Shown one piece after another: positions 17,639 through 23,307 of a DNA stretch of 23,307 nt (positions within the stretch are counted from its first letter, which is position 1; each line of letters starts with the position of its first letter). The stretch spans positions 1 through 23,307 of the forward strand of contig JBDRKI010000020.1 in the NCBI GenBank assembly GCA_043814095.1, given 5' to 3'. This DNA is from Armatimonadota bacterium (GTDB taxonomy: Bacteria; Vulcanimicrobiota; JACPDS01; JBDRKI01). The position numbers were made by a program, and so were the translations under genes. Under the pieces are notes generated by a model that saw nothing but the letters and a program-made list of their open reading frames with translations, searched no databases and was not told the DNA's origin.

Positions 17639-18934
17639 TCATTCTTCGGCATAAATAGAGGCAAGATTGGCTCCGGTGGATTTTTCAAGATCCGCCTTTG
17701 CTTTCATATATTCATAGGTGCTGGCAATAACATCCGCTTCTGATTTAATATATTCGTATTGCGCCTGGGTAAGCTCTATAATATTGCCCATTCCTACTTT
17801 ATAGCGTCCGTCAGCAAGGTCCAGATTCTCCTTCGCCTGCCTGAATCTATCCTTATTCACCATAAGCGTGTCATGCTTTTCCGTCATGGTGGTATAGTAA
17901 TCCGTTACTTCTTTTTTAGCCTGGTTTTTATGCGAGGTAAGCTGGGCTTTATAATCCTGGGTATTTGCCTGCGCTTCTTTTACTTTCCAGATTGTGTTGC
18001 CGCCGTCAAAAATGGACCAGCTTAAATTCAACCCTATATTCCATGACCTTCCCAGCGGATACTGCGCGCCGTCCCATGAATAAGAACCGTCTCCCGTAAT
18101 AGAAGGGTAAGCGCCTCTTTTATTATATTTCTCCTGCATAGTTGATTCTTTCACCTTAGACGCCATTATTTTAATATCAGGCCTTTCTTTAAATGCGAAA
18201 GCCAGCGAATCCTCAAGCGAATAACCGTACTGAATAAGTTCTTTTATCTCCACCAGACTCAAAGACGACTCCCCGGTAAATCCCATTGCTTCATACAGCG
18301 CCTGATAGGAAACTTTAAGGCTGTTTTCCGCTTTTATAAGTTCAAGCTTTACCGAACTTAAATTTATCTCCGCGGTGGTAACGTCAATCTTTGATTTGGT
18401 ACCCTGCAGGAAAAACGCTTCAGCCTGAGAAAGCGTTTCTTTCATACGGGACACATTCTTTTTCATCGCTTCTACAAGATGATTGTTTTTTAAAACATCG
18501 CAGTATGATTTTACTACATTCAGAAAAACAGACTGAGTGGTATCATAAAGATTTAAATTTGACTGGCTTAATTCTTCGTCCGCCATCTGAATGCCGTAAA
18601 TTGTCTTGTTAAAATCATATATAAGCTGGCTGAGACGGAGGGAATCATTGTTGTCCCTAACCATGTCCGTTGTCTGGCTCCCGCTTCTGTCATAAGACGC
18701 GCTCCCGGTTAACTGCGGGAGATAGCCGGATCTAGCCTGGCCTACTTTTGAAAAATAGGCTTTTACCTTAAATGAATATGACTTTATATCGGGATTGTTA
18801 TCGGAAGAATAAATAAGGCAGTCTTTTAAAGAAAAAGTTTTTTCTTCGGAATATACGGCTAAATTTAAAAAAACAAAAAAGCAAAACAATAATAATAATG
18901 TTTTGCCTGCTGTAGATATTTTAAATTTAAACAT
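17639..18934 (-). CDS. TolC-family outer membrane efflux protein
   Basis: Signal peptide, NNPDIK, ARSGYLPQL, LSQLIYDF, ERPDIK, LSWSIFDGG, RYKVGMGNIIELTQAQ (two OEP repeats). First gene of the efflux operon. Confidence 0.92.
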   Translation of the reverse strand: MFKFKISTAGKTLLLLFCFFVFLNLAVYSEEKTFSLKDCLIYSSDNNPDIKSYSFKVKAYFSKVGQARSGYLPQLTGSASYDRSGSQTTDMVRDNNDSLRLSQLIYDFNKTIYGIQMADEELSQSNLNLYDTTQSVFLNVVKSYCDVLKNNHLVEAMKKNVSRMKETLSQAEAFFLQGTKSKIDVTTAEINLSSVKLELIKAENSLKVSYQALYEAMGFTGESSLSLVEIKELIQYGYSLEDSLAFAFKERPDIKIMASKVKESTMQEKYNKRGAYPSITGDGSYSWDGAQYPLGRSWNIGLNLSWSIFDGGNTIWKVKEAQANTQDYKAQLTSHKNQAKKEVTDYYTTMTEKHDTLMVNKDRFRQAKENLDLADGRYKVGMGNIIELTQAQYEYIKSEADVIASTYEYMKAKADLEKSTGANLASIYAEE

Positions 18935-19092
18935 ATTTTTCCTGCCTTGCGCAATAAAAAACTAGATTTTAAAACTAAATTTCAAGTATTATTATTCCCC
19001 CAAGAACTGCTTGTTTCCTGCAAAACCAGCAGGGAAATTTTAATATTAATATAAAATAAATAAGTATTAAAAAGTTAAGGATGCGTTAATTA

Positions 19093-20211
19093 ATGAGAAG
19101 TATAACTTTTAAAATTACCTTGCTGGTTTCAATATTATTTATTTTAGCGGCTGTATTGATAATCTATCTCTCCCTTAATATGGTCGGGTCTTTATTCTAT
19201 GAATACACAAAAGAGTCACTGGAGATACATGACGCGTTCCCTTATGTGCGTGACGGAAAAATAATCATGGGTCCGGTGGAGAGAGAATTTTTAACGGATA
19301 TATTTTTAAAGTTTCTCCTGATAGGCCTTTCAATAACCCTTCTCGCCGTTGCTGCGGGCTATTTTATAGCAAGACATGCGACCAGCCCCATACGGAAATT
19401 ATACAAGGGTGTCCGCGAGATTGAAAACGGCAATTTAGACTATAGGGTAGATGTAAAAACAAAAGATGAGCTGGGCAACCTTGCCGATTCTTTTAATTTA
19501 ATGACTGAAGAACTTTATAAAGCGCAAATCCTTAGGAAGCAATTTTTCGCCGATGCGGCACATGAACTTAAAACACCGCTTTCGGTAATAAAAGGCAACC
19601 TTGAGGGAATGATTGACGAAGTAATTCCCGTAGATAAAGCCGGGCTGTCCTCTATACTGGAAGAAGCTGAATACCTCAATAATATAATAAATGACATAAG
19701 AGAACTCGCCCTTGCCGATTCCGGACAGCTGGCACTCAATAAAAAACAGTCCGATGTAAATGAGATCATTAAAAACTGCGTTAACAGGCTGAAAATACAC
19801 GCAGATGAGAAAAGCATAAAAATAGAGCTTGGCCGGGCGGATAATCCCCTGACCGCTTTTATTGATCCTGAAAGATTTATGCAGGTAGTCTATAACCTGC
19901 TCACAAACGCGCTGAAATATACGCCTGAAGGCGGAATTATAAATATTGAAACAGAAAAAATACAAAAAAATAATATTAAATATTTTAAAGTTTCGGTAAA
20001 AGATACAGGGCAAGGCATTCCTCCTGAAGATCTGCCGCATGTTTTTGAAAGATTTTACCGGACGGATAAATCGCGCAACAGAGAAACCGGAGGAACGGGG
20101 CTGGGACTTGCCATAGTGTTTAAAATAACTCAGCTTCACGCAGGCACGGCAGAAGCGGAAAGCACACCCGGCAAAGGCAGTACATTCCGTGTTCTAATGC
20201 CCGTAAAATAG
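19093..20211 (+). CDS. BaeS-like sensor histidine kinase (2 TM, HAMP, HisKA, HATPase_c)
   Basis: HAMP PIRKL..DELGNLADSFNLM, H-box ADAAHELKTPL, NLLTNALKYT, DTGQGI, FERFYRTDKSRNRETGGTGLGLAI. Confidence 0.95.
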   Translation: MRSITFKITLLVSILFILAAVLIIYLSLNMVGSLFYEYTKESLEIHDAFPYVRDGKIIMGPVEREFLTDIFLKFLLIGLSITLLAVAAGYFIARHATSPIRKLYKGVREIENGNLDYRVDVKTKDELGNLADSFNLMTEELYKAQILRKQFFADAAHELKTPLSVIKGNLEGMIDEVIPVDKAGLSSILEEAEYLNNIINDIRELALADSGQLALNKKQSDVNEIIKNCVNRLKIHADEKSIKIELGRADNPLTAFIDPERFMQVVYNLLTNALKYTPEGGIINIETEKIQKNNIKYFKVSVKDTGQGIPPEDLPHVFERFYRTDKSRNRETGGTGLGLAIVFKITQLHAGTAEAESTPGKGSTFRVLMPVK

Positions 20212-20231
20212 CGCTTTAAAGGAGTTTCAAT

Positions 20232-20918
20232 ATGTTAAAAGATATCGTATTGATAGTTGACGATGACAAGAAAATAGCAGAGATCCTTAAAAGTTACTTT
20301 TTAAAAAATAATTTCACCGTAATAACCGCTTATGACGGCAATGAGGCTATGGCGGCAATAAGGAAAAACAAGCCAGATATAGTAATACTTGACTTAATGC
20401 TTCCAGGGATTGACGGCTTTGAGGTATTGAAACAGGCAAGAAAAGACAGCAATATTCCGATTATAATGCTTACGGCAAAAGACGAGGAAACTGATAAATT
20501 AGTAGGGCTTGAAGTCGGCGCGGATGATTATATAGCCAAGCCATTCAGCCCGAGGGAAGTTGTCGCAAGGGCAAAAGCTGTCCTGCGCAGGGTGAAGGCC
20601 GAAAAAGAGCCGCAGCAGAAGATATCCGTCGGAGAAATTGCCCTTGACCTTAAAAAATACGAAGCGTCCAAGGGCGGCAAGCTACTTGAACTTACGCCTA
20701 TTGAGTTTAAAATACTTGCGCTCTTGTGCCAGAACCCTGAACACACTTTAACCCGCCTCCAGATAATAGAAAAAGTGCAGGGCTATGAATTTGAGGGATA
20801 TGAAAGAACGGTTGACGCTCACATTAAAAATATAAGGAAAAAAATTGAAATAAACCCGCAAAAACCCAGATACCTTCTAACAGTTTTCGGCGTGGGATAC
20901 AAACTGGTAAATCCTTAA
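20232..20918 (+). CDS. OmpR/PhoB-family response regulator (BaeR-like)
   Basis: LIVDDD, LDLMLPGIDG, PIIMLTAK, GADDYIAKPFSPRE, LTPIEFKIL, RTVDAHIKNIRKKI, TVFGVGYK. AAGGAG RBS. Confidence 0.96.
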   Translation: MLKDIVLIVDDDKKIAEILKSYFLKNNFTVITAYDGNEAMAAIRKNKPDIVILDLMLPGIDGFEVLKQARKDSNIPIIMLTAKDEETDKLVGLEVGADDYIAKPFSPREVVARAKAVLRRVKAEKEPQQKISVGEIALDLKKYEASKGGKLLELTPIEFKILALLCQNPEHTLTRLQIIEKVQGYEFEGYERTVDAHIKNIRKKIEINPQKPRYLLTVFGVGYKLVNP

Positions 20919-20951
20919 TACAAAACCGGAAAGATAAGAGTAAATTAAATT

Positions 20952-22739
20952 ATGAATACTTACATGAAACGCTATTTCTCAACTTTTTACGGCTATGCGC
21001 GGAAAAAAACGTTCCTGCTGGGATTATTAGTTACGGTCAATTCCCTGCTTGAAGCCGCTACTTTAGTATTACTGCTTCCCCTGTTCTATATAGCCAACTT
21101 GATCTCAGGCGCAATGCAGATTAACCTCCCTTTTGAACTTGACTTTATAAATTACTTTCCCAGCAAAACTTACGCGCTTGCCTGTGTTGTTATCGTTTTT
21201 CTTGCTGTATCGGTACTGCAGGAATATATAAAACGGCAGATGTCCGTGCTTACAACTTCAATAAAAGTCGGATTCTCCAGGGTCTTAAGCGAACGGATGT
21301 ATGAAGCTTTTGCAATGGCAAAATGGACGGCAATTTTAGGCAAACGCAGGTCCGATATAGCGAACGCTCTTACCAATGAACTGAAATTGATAGATATAGG
21401 AACACAGACCCTTCTCCAGTTTGCAACCTCCGTGCCGGTTATTCTGATACAGATTATTATCGCTTTCTTTATTTCTCCCGACGGCACCATAGCGGCAATT
21501 ATAGTGGGAGCGCTGTTCTTTTATTTCCTGAAACCCGTAAATAAACGGCTGGGTAATTTTTCCCAGTCGCTTAACGATCTGCTTAAAGACAGTTTATCCG
21601 ACATACATGAACATCTTAACGGAATAAAAGAAGTAAAGAGCTACGGTGCCGAACAGACCCATATAGAACGGTTCTCACAGAAAAACCGGGGAGTTGAAGA
21701 AAAATACGTTGACTTTGTTAAGCTTTTTACCAAATCAACTTTTATATACAACAGCGGCACTTTCTTTCTTCTGGCTGTTTTCGTATTTCTGGCTTTAACA
21801 TTATTCCAGGAAAACATAACAAGGCTGATTATGCTGTTTATAATATTTTTAAGGATCTGGCCTATGGTTTCAGGATTCCAGGCAAGCATACAGTTCTTCA
21901 TTATAATGTTCCCCGCCTGGGGGAGTTTCTCTAAATGCCTGGACGAATTAAATACGCTCCATGAGGACTTTTTAACAGAACCCGGAACAAAACCGCTGGT
22001 TATAAAAAACGGGATCCGGCTTAAAGATATTTCCTTTTCATACGGGCAGGGGAATGTAGCTGCCCTGAAGCATATTAGCCTCGATATCCCGGCAAACTCA
22101 AGCATAGCTGTTACCGGACCCTCCGGATCGGGAAAAAGCACGTTTGCCGATATTTTAATAGGCCTGCTCCCGCCTGCCGAAGGCGAAGTTTTAGTTGACG
22201 GTGAATCTCTTAAGCCGGAAATGATACCAGGGTGGCGTAAAGCAATCGGTTTTGTGCCCCAGGAAACATTTCTTTTCCAGGGAACGATAAGGGAAAACCT
22301 CCTATGGGCAAAGCCTGGAGCTTGTGAAGAAGAATTATGGGAAGCTCTTAAACTTTCAGCGGCGGATGATTTTATAAAAGCAATCCCTGAGGGACTGGAT
22401 TCCCAGGTGGGAGACAAAGGCTCGAACTTCTCCGGCGGTGAACGCCAGAGAATAGCGCTTGCAAGAGCCGTGTTGAGAAAACCCGCCCTTCTTATACTTG
22501 ATGAAGCAACAAGCTCTCTTGATGCCGAAAACGAAAACAAGATACGCAGCGCCATACAGCGCCTGCGCGGGAAAATAACAATGGTTACGATAGCCCACCG
22601 GCTTTCCACCATTAAGGCGGCTGATGAGATAATTCTGCTTGAAAACGGTTCAATTACCGAAAAAGGAACATTTGAAGAGCTTATACGCAAACCCAGCGGC
22701 AAATTTGCCGAACTTGCGGCTGAATATAACCTGAAATAG
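20952..22739 (+). CDS. ABC exporter, fused permease and ATPase (resembles exporters of paeninodin-type lasso-peptide clusters)
   Basis: Multi-TM N-terminal domain; Walker [10 protein letters not shown], signature FSGGERQRIALARA, LILDEATSSLD, IAHRLST. The subfamily resemblance is by recall of motifs W..ILGKRRSD, HLNGIKEVKS and IFLRIWP. Confidence 0.9.
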   Translation: MNTYMKRYFSTFYGYARKKTFLLGLLVTVNSLLEAATLVLLLPLFYIANLISGAMQINLPFELDFINYFPSKTYALACVVIVFLAVSVLQEYIKRQMSVLTTSIKVGFSRVLSERMYEAFAMAKWTAILGKRRSDIANALTNELKLIDIGTQTLLQFATSVPVILIQIIIAFFISPDGTIAAIIVGALFFYFLKPVNKRLGNFSQSLNDLLKDSLSDIHEHLNGIKEVKSYGAEQTHIERFSQKNRGVEEKYVDFVKLFTKSTFIYNSGTFFLLAVFVFLALTLFQENITRLIMLFIIFLRIWPMVSGFQASIQFFIIMFPAWGSFSKCLDELNTLHEDFLTEPGTKPLVIKNGIRLKDISFSYGQGNVAALKHISLDIPANSSIAVTGPSGSGKSTFADILIGLLPPAEGEVLVDGESLKPEMIPGWRKAIGFVPQETFLFQGTIRENLLWAKPGACEEELWEALKLSAADDFIKAIPEGLDSQVGDKGSNFSGGERQRIALARAVLRKPALLILDEATSSLDAENENKIRSAIQRLRGKITMVTIAHRLSTIKAADEIILLENGSITEKGTFEELIRKPSGKFAELAAEYNLK

Positions 22740-22743
22740 AAAT

Positions 22744-22793
22744 ATAAAATCGCATAACCGGAGATTGTTTCCCGTTATGCGATTTTATTTTTT
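22744..22793. terminator. Probable bidirectional intrinsic terminator
   Basis: Perfect 15-bp arms ATAAAATCGCATAAC (22744-22758) and GTTATGCGATTTTAT (22774-22788) followed by a T run. Lies between the convergent ABC exporter and the small ORF. Confidence 0.8.
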
Positions 22794-22839
22794 CCGCTTC
22801 AAAGTTTATCTCAAGCAGGTTCGAAACACCCAACCGGAC

Positions 22840-22959
22840 TTATTTAGGCAGATTAAAAGCCAGCGTTAAAACATTTCTTATGCAAAGTATGCATCTGGGT
22901 CCCGGATTAGGGTCCGTGTTGTTGTGTTTTATTTCACCCGTAAAAACTTTTCTTAACAT
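22840..22959 (-). CDS. Small CxxC peptide, 39 aa (MLRKVFTGEIKHNNTDPNPGPRCILCIRNVLTLAFNLPK)
   Basis: Translated by hand. RBS AAAGGAGGGG 6 nt before the ATG; TATAAT at 23053-23048 upstream; terminator downstream. Confidence 0.65.
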   Translation of the reverse strand: MLRKVFTGEIKHNNTDPNPGPRCILCIRNVLTLAFNLPK

Positions 22960-23009
22960 GATGCACCCCTCCTTTCTTTCTCCCGTCCGCGTGCGTTGAG
23001 ATTTGCTTT

Positions 23010-23035
23010 GCGCCGCGCGGGCGGTGTTTTTTTTT
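23010..23035 (+). terminator. Intrinsic-terminator-like hairpin antisense to the small-peptide leader
   Basis: GCGCCGC-gcgg-GCGGTGT stem (two G-U pairs on the + strand) followed by a run of T to 23035. Confidence 0.45.
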
Positions 23036-23047
23036 CTTCCTGCTTTT

Positions 23048-23103
23048 ATTATAAAGTATGTAGATGAAGAAATTATGAAGATGCCGTGTGATAATTATGA
23101 AAA
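23048..23103 (-). promoter_or_regulatory. Promoter of the small peptide gene: -10 TATAAT plus 11-bp-phased direct repeats (OmpR-type box)
   Basis: + strand ATGAAGA at 23064 and 23075, and ATGAAAA at 23097 (offsets 11 and 22). These overlap where the -35 would be; no consensus -35 at 17-bp spacing. Confidence 0.55.
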
Positions 23104-23185
23104 AACAAAAGGCTTGCATTTTAAATAGGAACTGAATCTATTTAAAAGGCAAGCCCTCTCCGCCGCCTTACGGCAGTTTTCTTAC

Positions 23186-23307
23186 AAAATACTAGCCAGA
23201 AAGCTTCTGTTTTTAAACAGGGGATGAATGGCTCCCTTGTTTTTCTATTCGATAGATTAATTCGTTGCTATATGATATAATGTCAACATGAAATACAAAC
23301 AGGCTCG
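23186..23307 (+). mobile_element. Left end of an IS200/IS605-family element (IS608-like), truncated by the window edge
   Basis: TTAC (23182-23185), then AAAG at +15..+18 (23200-23203) at the foot of hairpin CTTCTGTTT-TT-AAACAGGGG (23204-23223), enclosed by AGCCA/TGGCT. This is the same layout as the IS608 left end (target TTAC, guide AAAG). Confidence 0.7.
23288..23307 (+). CDS. 5' fragment (MKYKQAR...) of a probable Y1 HUH transposase, likely leaderless
   Basis: ATG 6 nt after an extended -10 TGATATAAT (23273-23281) with no RBS, inside the IS left end. Only about 6 codons are visible. Confidence 0.4.

Noticed and set aside
21641-22702. 353-aa antisense ORF and other long shadow ORFs (e.g. 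19498-20139, 1565-2020, 6828-7277)
   Set aside because: They are antisense shadows of well-supported genes, with no domain motifs of their own.
22815-22835. tRNA T-loop-like GCAGGTTCGAAAC
   Set aside because: The T-stem does not close and there is no cloverleaf or CCA end; it is not a tRNA.
22840-22959. Peptide as a canonical lasso precursor (G1...D9 in GEIKHNNTD)
   Set aside because: The leader would be only 7 aa with Thr at -1 rather than -2, there is no YxxP motif, and no cyclase is in the window.
22934-23119. ORF-track 61-aa ORF on the minus strand
   Set aside because: It runs through the promoter, hairpin and RBS of the better-supported 39-aa ORF in another frame.
1-23307. CRISPR array, rRNA or tRNA genes
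   Set aside because: No regularly spaced direct repeats or recognisable structural RNA gene sequences were seen.

Overview
A bacterial genomic window, probably from an AT-rich diderm because it encodes a TolC-family and a secretin-like protein; taxonomy cannot be assigned from the sequence alone. From left to right it holds: (1) a ~550-nt non-coding, GC-rich region whose + strand folds into a tight four-way junction plus further hairpins; (2) a GC-shifted, signal-peptide-bearing D-aminoacylase-type amidohydrolase; (3) an orphan two-TM histidine kinase and a SAM methyltransferase; (4) a block bracketed by two related REP-like palindromes, holding a membrane-anchored cupin_5, a miniature secretin-like protein, a NAGPA-domain protein and a transglutaminase-like protein; (5) a Kef-like CPA2 antiporter with two RCK_N domains; (6) an unannotated 27-aa ORF divergent from cysK-cysE; (7) a five-gene TolC/MFP/ATPase/two-permease MacAB-type operon divergent from a BaeS/BaeR-like two-component pair and an ABC exporter resembling those of paeninodin-type lasso-peptide clusters; (8) an unannotated 39-aa CxxC peptide gene with a strong RBS, a shared terminator and an 11-bp-periodic OmpR-type box at its promoter; (9) an IS608-like IS200/IS605 left end with the first codons of a probably leaderless transposase at the window edge. 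The best leads are the four-way-junction element and the two-component/exporter/CxxC-micropeptide module. All homology calls are motif recognition by eye; no searches were run.
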